Shown: piece after piece, positions 1-10,488 of the stretch | Layout of the letters: each line of letters begins with the position of its first letter | Position numbering within the stretch: position 1 is the stretch's first letter | Assembly (NCBI RefSeq): GCF_018977255.1 | Contig: NW_024705490.1 | Location: 1 to 39,977 of the forward strand | DNA length: 39,977 nt | From: Callorhinchus milii | Lineage: Eukaryota | Direction of reading: 5' to 3' | Position numbers and translations under genes: made by a program | Notes under the pieces: model-generated | The model's input: only the letters and a program-made list of their open reading frames with translations | Database searches by the model: none | Told to the model about the DNA's origin: nothing

Positions 1-2770
1 TCACCACATTGAAACGGGCGATGCGGCACCGGTCAGGCAAAATCCCTTCCGACTGAGTCCTGCTGAGAAGGAACATGTTCAGTCGGCAGTTAACGATATG
101 CTGGAAGCCGACATTATTTCGCCTTCTTCCAGTCCTTGGGGAGCACCTATTGTGCTCGTTAAAAAGCAGGACGGGTCCCTGCGATTTTGCGTCGATTTCC
201 GCCGCCTGAATAAGATCTCGGTGGCCGACGCGTATCCGCTCCCCAGGATGGACGAGTCTCTCGACGCATTGTCCGGTGCGCGATACTTTTCGACTCTTGA
301 TTTATTGTCCGGATTTTGGCAGTTGCCACTCGACGAGGAGTCTAAGCCTAAGACTGCATTCCGGACTCCAGGGGGCCTGTTTCAGTTTAACCGGTTACCC
401 ATGGGACTTCACTCCTCTCCTGCGACGTTTCAGCGTCTTATGGAATTGGTTTTGTCGGGCTTGCAGTGGGAACGTGCCTCATTTACCTTGACGATGTCAT
501 TGTTTTCGGTAAAACGTTCGAGAACACCTCCAGCGATTGAGAGGGGTGTTCTTGCGAATGCGATCGGCTAAATTAAAGTTTAAACCGGCCAAATGCCATC
601 TTTTTCGTAAATCCGTGAGGTACTTGGGTCACATTGTCGACTCTTCGGGGATTTCTACCGATCCTGCGAAGACGGACTGTGTCAGTTCGTGGCCGACGCC
701 CACGTCAGTGTCAGACGTGCGCAGTTTCATCGGTTTTGCTTCGTATTATCGCCGATTCGTTGAGCACTTCGCCACCATTGCAAAGCCCTTGCACGCTTTA
801 ACGGCAAAAGGAGTGAAGTTCCGGTGGGGACCGGAGGAGGAGGCTGCATTCTGCTCCCTCCGGGACGCCTTGGTAAGGGCCCCACCCTTGCGCTATCCGG
901 ACTTTGAGAGTCCCTTCTTGCTAGACACGGATGCTAGCAACACGGGCATTGGGGGGTGCTGTCCCAAGTCATTGGAGGGGTCGAACGGGTGGTCGCCTAT
1001 GGTAGCAGGGTGTTGTCGCCGGCAGAGCAGCGCTACTGCGTCACCCGTCGTGAACTACTTGCCATTGTTTTTTTTGTACAACAATTCAGGCCATATCTCT
1101 ATGGTCGTCATTTCACGGTCCGGACGGACCATGCGGCGCTCCAGTATTCATTACGGGTTGCCCAGCCCTCGGGCCAATTGTCGCGGTGGTTGGAAGTCCT
1201 CCAGGACTATCAGTTCACGACTACGTACCGTAAAGGGTTGCGACACACGAATGCCGATGCCCTGTCGCGGTTGTTGCCTTGTCACAAATGTGCGTGCTTA
1301 TCGGGATCGGCGCGCTGTAAACCTCCGGTTACGGAAGGTAGGGAGGCGTTGGTTGCGACCGCGAGCACACCAATTGGGGATGGTCCCGCTACCCCAGGGG
1401 GTCAGGACTCGCTGCTCTCACTGTCGTTGATTGAGTGGGGCCGTCTCCAAATGGCGGACAGCTCCCTGCTGGCATTGCGCCGGAAGACGGAGGGTTCCGA
1501 AGGTAGCCACGACCGAACTGGCTCCTACGAGCTTAAGCAGGGCCTGTTGATGAGATGGGACAGTTTGTCCCGGCGGCATTCGATTGTGGTGCCTTCTGCT
1601 GTGAGGGGGAAGGTTGTCTTGGCCGCACACGAACGCCTCTTGCATTTGGGAGTTAACAAAACGCTTGCCCTGCTTCAGCGTGACTATTATTGGCCGGGAA
1701 TGGGGGGTGACGTGGTGAATATTCTGAAGGGTTGTGTTGAGTGCGCCAGACGGAAACCACCGCCCGTGGCAGCTAATCCACCGCTGCAATCTATTCAGGT
1801 CTCGCGCATTAACGAGCTCGTTGCACTCGATATTCTGGGGCCCTTTCCGGTCACGCCTAGGGGTAATAAGTACCTGTTGGTGGGGGTCGAATATTTTACC
1901 CGGTGGCCTATGGCGTGGCCACTCGCCAACCAGTCGGCGGCGGCTGTGACGGACGCCTTTGTCCAGGGCTACGTCCTGGACAAGGGGGCTCCCGAACGCT
2001 TGCTGACTGACCAAGGGAAAAATTTTTCGAGTAAATTACTGCAGGAGGTGTGCGACCTGTTGGGTACCAAAAAGGTGCGTACCTCCCCGTACCACCCGCA
2101 GACGGACGGGATGGTGGAGAGGCTTAACAGGACATTGACCTCTATGCTGTGCCAGCAGGTGTGTGAGTCGCATGTTGATTGGGACCTGCAGGTCCCTGGG
2201 GTCCTTGCCGCGTATAGAATGGCCCCCCATGCAGCTACGGGGTTTTCCCCGTTTTTTCTAATGTACGGCCGGGAAGCCGACCCGCCCATGGAAACGCAGC
2301 TGGGTCTGCCCGCACCACGAACTAATTCTAAATTGGCAGAGCATATTAAATTTAATATTCATAAACTGACAGAGGCAAGGGAGGCCGCACGGCTTAATTC
2401 GCGGGCTCGCCAAATTGCGAACGAGCGGTTGCGGGCACGGAAGGTGTCCGTGCACAATTGGGAACCAGGTGACAAGGCCTGGCTGCATTGCCCTCAGGCA
2501 CCTTTGGCCACGTCGCCTAAATTGTTGAAGCCGTGGCGGGGACCCGTGGAGGTCGTGCGGGTTGCGCGCCCCCAGTGCGTTCAGATAAAATGGGGGAAAC
2601 GCCGTTGGTACGTCCACCCCTCCCGACTGAAACCGTTCTCGCCTCCGTATGGCCTCCCCTTGTGTCGTGAGGGCCGAGCATGTGACGTGACCGACGACCC
2701 TGAGGGGGATTGTCCTTGCCTGCTCCTCACATGTCTCCGCCTGACCCGCTCCCAGGTGTCTCGGAACTGA
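1..2770 (+). mobile_element. pol: Ty3/Gypsy LTR retrotransposon pol (RT, RNase H, integrase), 5'-truncated by the window edge, with three -1 frameshifts
   Basis: RT motifs SPWGAPIVLVKK, LRFCVDFRRLN, DLLSGFWQ, MGLHSSPATFQR and YLDD (484-495, in a shifted frame); RNase H LDTDAS..RRELLAIV..TDH..NADALSR; integrase HHCC (HERLLH..CVEC), DDE (LDILGP, TDQG, VERLN) and GPY/F-like WRGP. The RT-RH-IN order is diagnostic of Gypsy. Confidence 0.97.
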
Positions 2771-3194
2771 CTGCTGCCGACCACCGGCGGCCGGATCTCC
2801 ACGGCGGGGCCGGTCCTTCCAGGCCCGATCCGTGCCGTCTAGAGCTGCCGGAGACACCGGACGGTCGCCAACGTCCCGTTCCATACGACGGACCGGCCAG
2901 ACGGACTCGCGCTAGGTCGCGCTACTTTGTGTAATCTACCACGTGCGGAGTCGAGGCAGCCGGAGCGCCTCGGCACTGCGTGGGTCAGTGACACTTGGCG
3001 CGTTCGTTTTACGGTGTTCGCTTTTATTGTGTTGTTCGTCGGGCTGTATATTGCTTCGTATTTAAGGTTGTGTTATGTTGTTGTTGTTGTGTTACGGGGC
3101 ACACTGGGATGTGGAGTTCTTTATTACTGCGTTGCGTTATGTTGTGTTGTAGGTTAACAGCCGGGCCGGCTGCAAGCTATGTGGGAGGGGGTGA

Positions 3195-3868
3195 TGTAGA
3201 GGTGATACGCGCTGGGATTAAGGATCGTATGCACAGTGCGTGATGATTGGCTGTGTAGGTGGTGACGCGCGCTGACGGTGGAGGATCAGGGGTCAGCGCG
3301 GGGTCGTGGGTTACGGGGTACTGATTGGCTGTGGCCGGTGACGCGCTGAGAGGGAGTGAAGGTGGCAGCGCGGTGTGATTGGTGGAGAGTGTTAACACGC
3401 GCTGGGGAAACCGGATCGTAGAGAGAGTGCGTCGTGATTGGTTCATTAAGGAGCGATGCTCACGTCGACGACGCATCAGCTCCGCCTCTCGTGAGCAGGG
3501 GCTATAAAAGGGGATGCACACAGGCGTAAGGGCAGTGTGTAACCAGCGAAGAATGAAGACGGGGATGAAGACCTAGAGCCCTGCGGTACCTAGCCCCGCT
3601 GTCCTAAGGGGACCGGGACTCTGTGTAACCCAGAGGCGAGTGTAGTGTGTGTAGCCATAGGTCTACACGAGCCGATGTATGTGTGTAGCCAGAGGCATAG
3701 GGTCTACACGAGTCGAGTGTTTGTGTAGCCAGAGGCATAGGGCTTACACGAGATTAGTGGAGTGTGTCGGAGGAAGAAGAAAGACCACACGTTGTATTGT
3801 GATACCTAAGGATTTAATAAAAGTGTGTTACCCGTCAAGAAGTTCCTGCCGTCAATTCCCATACTTCA
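3195..3868 (+). mobile_element. 3' LTR of the Gypsy element
   Basis: Purine tract GGGAGGGGGTGA (3183-3194) directly precedes TGTAGA; several ATTGG boxes; TATAAAA 3503-3509; AATAAA 3816-3821; ends ..ACTTCA at 3868 (end position approximate). Confidence 0.85.
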
Positions 3869-3869
3869 T

Positions 3870-4670
3870 ATGTATGCATGTGTGTGTATGTGTGTGTGCG
3901 TGCGTGCACGTGTGTGCGCGTGTGTGCGTGTGTTTGTGCGTGTGTGTGCGTGTGTGTGCGTGTGTGTGTGCGTGTGGTGTGTGTGCGTTGTGTGTGTGCG
4001 TGCGTGTGTTGCGCGTGTGTGTGCGTGTGTCTGTGGCGTGGCTTGTGTGTCTGGTGTGTGCGTGCGTGCGGTGTTGTGTGTGTGCGTGTGTGTGCGTGTG
4101 TGTGTGCGTGTGTGTGCGTGTGTGTCGTGCCGTCGCGTGTGTGTGTGTGTGCGGTGTGTGCGTGTGCGCGCGTGTGTGTGTGTGCGTGTGTGTGCGTGTG
4201 TGTGTGCGTGTGTGTGTGCGTGTGTGTGCGTGTGGTGTGTGTGTGTGTGCGTGTGTGCGTGCGTGTGCGTGTGTGTGTGTGCGTGTGTGTGCGTGTGTGT
4301 GTGTGTGTGCGTGTGGTGTGTGTGCGTGTGTGTGCGTGTGTGTGTGTGCGTGTTTGTGGCGGTGTTGGGTGGCGTGTGTGCGTGGTGTGCGTGCGTGTGT
4401 GTGTGGTGTCGATGTGTGTGTGCGTGTGTGTGTGTGTCGTGCGTGTGTGTGTGCGTGTGTGTGGTGTGTGCGTGTGTGGTGCGTGTGGTGTGTGTGTGCG
4501 TGTGCGGTGGTGTGTGTGCGTGTGTGTGTGTGTGTCTGTGTGTGTGTGGCGTGTGTGTGTGCGTGGCGGTGTGTGCGTGTGTGGTGTGTGTGGTGTGTGT
4601 GTGTGCGTGTGTGGTGTGTGCTGTGTGTGGTGTGGTGTGTGCGTGGTGTGTGCGTGTGTGCGTGTGGTGC
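3870..4670. repeat. degenerate (GT)n/(GTGC)n microsatellite
   Basis: About 800 bp of TG dinucleotide repeat with interspersed C. Confidence 0.98.
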
Positions 4671-4726
4671 GGCATGAAATGGAACGCCATCAAAACAGAA
4701 CGAGGAAGCGGCTTCCTTCGGCACCG

Positions 4727-5218
4727 TTAGCTGCCCCAGGCCCATGTGACACGGACACTCCGTTGATATTTACTGGGTGGTGGCGCCGGCCGGCGCTCGG
4801 GGTGGGCGCCCCGTGCTCCGAGTCTTCCTCGCCGATCGTGGAGAGCGTGGGGGGGCGCGGCGGGGGCGCCCGCGGGGCGTTGTCCGTCGCCCGTCGCCAC
4901 GGCCACGTCGACCCCCTCGCGGCAAGCGCCGCCGCCGTCGCCGCCGGGCCTACCCTCGACTCCGTTCAAGTTGGGCGTCCGGCACGGGCTCGAGCGGTCC
5001 AGAGCCTCGGACCGGCCGTCACCGTCACCTGCAAGAGGTGGCGACGTCTTCACCGCCGCGGCGCTATCCCGTCGTCATCGCCGTGAGCCGTGGCCAATCC
5101 GATGGTCGAGTGCCGTGATCCGTGCTGAACCAGGGCCGGATCAGAGAGCCTCCCCTAGCACCCTAGTGGAGGAACTGGGGCCAGATGAGTTGTGGATGAT
5201 AGCGCTGGGGGGATATCC
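4727..5218 (-). CDS. possible downstream cytoplasmic-tail exon of the protocadherin
   Basis: GC-rich like the protocadherin exon. Candidate acceptors TTGTCAG|5218 and CTCTTGCAG near 5030; ORF 4727-5053. No conserved CM2 motif recognised, and reading through from 5218 needs frameshifts. Confidence 0.3.
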
Positions 5219-5406
5219 CTGACAAGTCCGGGTGAAGGGGCCGTTGGCCTTCAAGTGTTACATACGCGGGCTGTGACTGACAAGTTGAATCAATAAGCGT
5301 GCCTCCGATTACGTGCGCGTCCCATTTGAACCCACTACACGTGCAACTGAAATACACAGCACCCATGACATAGGTCCTGTGATTTTGGTCTTTTTAACGT
5401 GTCATT

Positions 5407-5860
5407 TTTAAATCCTTTATATTAAGTTCACTTGCTTGCTTGCTTGCGCGCTTACGACCGTGCAAATCTTTCGGTCGTTTTTTAACCCACTTCCCGTGAT
5501 CCAATCGAGCTGACATTTTGCACACAGACTCGTTGTGCGTGACAATTTATTTTCGTGAAAATTTCTTTCCAAAATTTTCCACTTTTTAGGAAAAAAAAAT
5601 TTCACTAACACAATCATATATTTTTCCTAAACACAGAAAATTATTCAAGAAAACAACAAAAATGTACAATATAAACAATCATACAAAAACTGAAAACCTT
5701 ATAATCCTTATATACGACTTTCCTTATATTTAATTTAAAATACCAATGTGATAAAAATGAAACTCTTACTCACGAAAAACAGAAATGAATAATAAAATAA
5801 AACCGATGCCACGCATATAAAGGATTTATAGTGAAAAACTTTTTTTACGGGTTAATTTTT
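5407..5860 (+). mobile_element. DINE-1/Helentron-like non-autonomous element (other copies ~6800-7125 -, 12447-12622 - partial, 15697-16003 +, 22030-22343 +, 30410-30612 - partial, 31185-31512 -)
   Basis: Near-identical copies with the inverted repeat TAAATCCTTTATAT..ATATAAAGGATTTA, a (CTTG)n microsatellite next to the 5' repeat, a terminal hairpin GTGAAAAAC..GTTTTTAC and T-rich flanks. Confidence 0.7.
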
Positions 5861-6105
5861 TGTTGTTGTTTCTCTCTTGTTTTTCGCTTGCTTGGCTCAA
5901 TTCTACATCCATTTTCAGCCGGATAATCCAGATTAGATAACATACACACGTACACGTGAAAAAGCCACTCGGAAATAAATAGCGCGGCACGTAACGTGGC
6001 TCCGGATAACAATGAGGCAAGGCCCAAATGGTGAGCTTTTAAACGTTCTCACTGAAGGCGATGGTCAACGAACGTTCATTTATCAGATGGGTAGGCTTTG
6101 GAATT

Positions 6106-6337
6106 TCTAGATTTGAAGCTTTCGTGACTGCAAGGATTCATATTCTTAGGTTTTTTCGGTAAAGTCACGTAGGTAAAAATAAAATTGATACAGCTGTCGT
6201 GGCTGTGACGGTTCCACCTGAAGACGGAAGCTTGTGTTGCCTCCGAAACGTCGTGATTTTTATTTTATTTTACTTTTATTAATTTTAATTTTTTTACCTA
6301 CGTGACTTTACCGAAAAAACCTAAGAATATGAATTCG
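6106..6337. mobile_element. short Penelope-type insertion with partial inverted repeat (other members ~8452-8622, 9992-10136, 14510-14756, 14770-15018, 16182-16548, 17005-17112, 18912-19271, 19512-19745, 20020-20322, 30266-30405, 31750-31835, 32252-32541, 33720-33912, 34822-35108, 36205-36808, 38645-39120)
   Basis: Shared core CTACGTGACTTTACCGAAA..AAGA.ATGAATCC.TGCAGTCACGAAAGCTT.AAATC in one or both orientations; the empty site is visible in the paralogous copy at ~7835; several members have 11-14 bp TSDs. Confidence 0.8.
6215..6255 (+). ncRNA. minimal type I hammerhead ribozyme motif (same subtype at 14602-14642, 32423-32463, 34991-35031 +; damaged copy 7144-7179 -)
   Basis: CAC-CUGAAGA-C-stem II(GGAaGC/GCcUCC)-GAAA-C-GUC-GUG. 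Confidence 0.75.
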
Positions 6338-7939
6338 AATTTTTTTTTATGTTGGATTTCCCACAACCGGCATTTAATTGAACGCTTTGCCAGGAAATGT
6401 GGCCACCTCGTAGCACGGGATTCTGCCAACTCACAATAGCGCCTTCCCACCGCTCCTCTCCCATGGTGTTGTTATTGTCCGTCTGCAAATTACCGGCGCA
6501 AAACGGAACTTGATTTCGAGGCCGGACGCTGAAGAAGTGAAGGGTTCGTGTGTGCGGCGCGCTAAACGCTGCTCACCTGCTGGACTGCTGCTGCAGTCGA
6601 TTGTTGGGCTCCAAGAAACAGCAAGGCCTCTGCAAAAGATCAACGGGGGCACGCCACCGCCATTCACGCACTGCGCATTCACGATCGCGGCGGGCGGGCA
6701 AGGCGCTGCGTAAGTGCCCGTTAAATGTGTTAGTTAATCATACTCTTTGGTTTTTTCGGTAAAGTCACGTAGTTAAAGAATAAAATAAATGGGAAAAAAA
6801 ATTAACCCGTAAAAACAAAGTTTTTCACTATAAATCCTTTATATGCGTGGCATCGGTTTTATTTTATTATTCATTTCTGTTTTTCTTGAGTAAGAGTTTC
6901 ATTTTTATCACATTGCTATTTTAAATTAAATATGAAATTTTTTTTCCTAAAAAGTGAAAATTTTGGAAAAAAATTTTCACGAAAATAATTGTCACGCACA
7001 ACGAGTCTGTGTGCAAAATGTCAGCTCGATTGGATCACGGGAAGTGGGTTAAAAAACGACCGAAAGATTTGCACGGTCGTAAGCGCGCAAGCAAGCAAGC
7101 AAGTGAACTTAATATAAAGGATTTAAAAACAACTAAATTGAATCGTTTCGGAGGCAACACGAGCTTCCGTCTTCAGGTGGAACCGTCACAGCAGAAATAC
7201 TGCATCAAGTGAAGACAACTCTAAGAGACACGAGATTATATACAGCCTGAGGGGGGGGAGGAGCCAGGGGGGGGCGTGGGTGGGGGGGGACAAGCTGGTG
7301 GGGGGAGGGGCAGGCCGTGGGTGGGGGGGGGACAAGCTGGTGACATCATTTCTTATGATGCAGAAGATGGCTAGTGAGTTAAAACGGAGGGCGGAATTTT
7401 TATTTACATTTTTTAACTACGTAACCAAAGAGTGTGAAAGAGCGCCAGCTCTCTGCACAAGGGGGATTGTGGACTGGCTCTGACGGGTGCCGCTGCAAGC
7501 TTACAAAGAGCTTGAGTGCCCAAGCGCGTGCAGAGATTTCTGGAGCGAGACTCCCCCAAATCCTTTCAAAACGCCGTCGCGTGCCGTATTAGGAGCGAGT
7601 TGTTTATCAGCTAAAGGATATTTTCAGACGCTACGGCTGTGCGCGTGTGCCTGCCGAGTTTTATTTTATTCTCTGAAAAATAAACGCCGTACATTCTTCT
7701 GATGTGAATAGACACACACATTGTGCCAACATGGCTCCGGATGACATTTAGCCAAGGCCGACATGCTGAGCTTTCAAAGTTTCTCATTGAAGGCGATAGT
7801 CACCGAGCGTTAATTATACAGACTGGTCGGCATTGGAATTCTTTTTTACATTTTGGATTTCCCACAACCGGCATTTAATTGAACACTCGCTGCATCCCGA
7901 CTGTTTTAGCATTTGCCAGGAAATATGGCCACCTCAGAG

Positions 7940-8276
7940 CAGAGGTCGCAAACGGGTTTTGATTCCTTACCCGTACCCGGCCGCACCAGGGTCGCAAACG
8001 GGTACCCGTACCGGCCGTACCCGTACCCTACCCGTACCCTACCGTACCGGCGGGTACGGGTATCGGGTACCTGATTGCGACCTCTGGGATGAAGCCATGT
8101 TGCAGGCGCGGGTGGGTTGATTCTAGGAACTTGAATTGTGAGAAGAGACAAGACGTTGGGAAATGAGTGACAAACGGTGACTCACCAGTGACTCACGGTC
8201 TACCCGTACCCGGCCGGGTACGGGTAGCCGGGTATCGGGTAGGGTACGGGTATCGGGTACCTGGTTGCGACCTCTG
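7940..8276. mobile_element. hAT-type MITE
   Basis: 12-bp TIR CAGAGGTCGCAA/TTGCGACCTCTG, perfect 8-bp TSD CCTCAGAG (7932-7939, 8277-8284), internal ACCCGT repeats; empty site in the paralogue at ~6405. Confidence 0.92.
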
Positions 8277-8484
8277 CCTCAGAGCACGGGATTCTGCTAA
8301 CGCACAACACCGCCTTCCCACCACCCCTCTCCCATGGGGTGTTGTTGTTGTCTAAATGTTGTTGTCCAGATGTTGTTGTTGTTGTCTAAATGCACCGCAA
8401 AGTCACGACATCCGCTCACTCTGCAAATTACCGGCGCAAAACGGAACTTGATTTTGATTCAGTAATTTTTAGCTGTGACGGTCC

Positions 8485-8525
8485 CACCTGATGACGGAGA
8501 CTTGTGTTGCCTCCGAAACGTCGTG
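8485..8525 (+). ncRNA. minimal type I hammerhead ribozyme motif
   Basis: CAC-CUGAUGA-C-GGAG..CUCC-GAAA-C-GUC-GUG, canonical core. Confidence 0.75.
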
Positions 8526-8996
8526 ATTTAATATTTTATTTTATTTCCATTATTACTTTTATTAACTTTTAATTAAATTTTTTACCCACGTGACTTTACC
8601 GGGAAAAAAAAAACCTAAGAGTTTGATTTCGAGGCCGGATGGTGTGTGTGACGTGGTAAACGCTCACCTTCTAGATGACTGCTGCTGCTGCTGTCGATTG
8701 AAATTGTTGTTGTCCTGCAAAAGATCAACGGGGGCACGCCCGTCGTCATTCACGCACTTCGAACTCACGATCGCGTGCGGGCAAGCGCCGCGTATGTGCA
8801 CGTTCAATCTGTTAGTTTTGTATATCGCCAGCGCGTGACATTTTCTTCACTTCCATTCTCACCACGGAAGATTGCAACATTCACCGTTTTGTTTAGTAAC
8901 AGGAGCAATCCGTACGCAGCAGGGTCATTGTGCCGACGTCAGCGCCCGACGTCTGTCCACGAATGGGCACGCAGACTCTGAACCCCTTGTGCAGAG

Positions 8997-9197
8997 AGCA
9001 CGCACGCACGCTCGCACGCACGCACGCACGCTCGCACGCTCGCACGAACGCTCGCACGCACGCACGCACGCTCGCACGCACGCTCGCACGCTCGCACGCA
9101 CGCTCGCACGCACGCTCGCACGCACGCACGCACGCTCGCACGCACGCACGCTCGCACGCACGCACGCTCGCACGCACACACGCTCGCACGCACGCAC
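8997..9197. repeat. (GCAC)/(GCTC) tetranucleotide microsatellite
   Basis: Seen directly. Confidence 0.97.
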
Positions 9198-9249
9198 GTT
9201 TGAAGATGGGTCCTCGCTGGTACCACGGGTTTCGTGTTCTTTAAACGTG

Positions 9250-9745
9250 TGTAACGTGAGGATATATCCGGCTCACTGACATATCACAACTCGTCACGAT
9301 GATTGGCTCTGCCGGTCCTGGTCCATAGCCAATGGGGGGAGCCTAGGGGCGTGGCCCTGACGTAATGGCAAGGTGACAGCTGTTTGTAGACGATTGGTTC
9401 TGCTGGCTTTAGCCACGGCCAATGGGGAGACGAGTCAGGGGCGTGGTCCCGGGAGCCTACGATGGAGTCTGGAAGATTCCATGGAGGCTAACCAGGATTG
9501 GTGGAAACGTACCACGTGACCCGGGTATTAAATAGGGGTGGAGACGAACTACACGTGGTCAGAACGGGAACGAACGGAGGAAGGGGGCCACGTGGGAGCG
9601 GGGCTCCGGGTTGCCATGTGGCAGTACGTCTCTCTCTCTCTATCTGTCCCTCTCACGCTGCCTGTCAACAGCGTGAAGGAAAGCTGTTTATGAAAAGTGA
9701 AATAAAGACCAGATTCCAGGAGTCGCCTCAATGACCACTATTACA
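9250..9745 (+). mobile_element. solo LTR (probably Gypsy-type)
   Basis: TGTAA..TTACA termini, 4-bp flanks CGTG/CGTA, two CCAAT+GGGGCGTGG modules, TATTAAATA ~9525, AATAAA 9701-9706. Confidence 0.75.
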
Positions 9746-10488
9746 CGTATATTAAGCTCGCCAAAAGGAGTGCTCGGATCTCAGCGAGCGTTTAATACGC
9801 GTGGCACCACGATTCGTACCTTCCAATGTGCCTCCTCATTATATCCGCTTCTCTGATCTCTTAAGCATCTGCCACCAGCAGATCCCAGGTACGCGTGGGA
9901 ACCCACCCCCCCCCCCCTTCGTGCTGCTGATTGAGGGACGTTGGTTTGCGTAGAGGTCGAACCATGAACCTCTCCGATTCAGTTGCTTTATCTTCTTGGT
10001 TCTTTCGGTAAAGTCACGTAGAAGGGAAGTAATAAAATAATAAAAATAAAACATAATAATATTTTATTACTTCCCTTCTACGTGACTTTAGCGAAAGAAC
10101 AAGAAGATGAATCCCTGCAGTCACGAAAGCTTTAAATCAGTTGCTTTATATTATAATTGATAACCGGAGTAAAATGCATGCAGATGAAATTTCGGCAAAC
10201 TCAATCGACCGTACACAATGCGCCTATATTTTATACTTGATTGCAATTTAATTTCGCGGACAGTCTACGGAGATATGCGTGGAAAAAAACACGTCATTCC
10301 CCCCTCCCCGCGCACGCTGCATTGTGCGTAGGGGGGCGGATGACGATTCGTGACGGATGATTGATTCTCAAGATTTCTTAAGTTATTGCCGCGGCAGTGA
10401 AAGTTCAGCGGGGAGTGCTTGGCGGGCCTCCCCGGGCCCGTGCGGTCATTTTCAAAAGGGGGCCGTCTTGCGTCGGCGCGTCACCTAC

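Larger units (their letters stand above)
6003..8830 (+). repeat. diverged tandem duplication (copy 1 ~6003-6740, copy 2 ~7738-8830), each copy with its own TE insertions
   Basis: Collinear shared blocks, e.g. GGATTTCCCACAACCGGCATTTAATTGAAC, TCTGCAAATTACCGGCGCAAAACGGAACTTGATTT and TGCAAAAGATCAACGGGG. Confidence 0.85.

Noticed and set aside
3679..5086. Long Cys/Val- and His/Thr-rich ORFs
   Set aside because: Translations of the (GT)n microsatellite.
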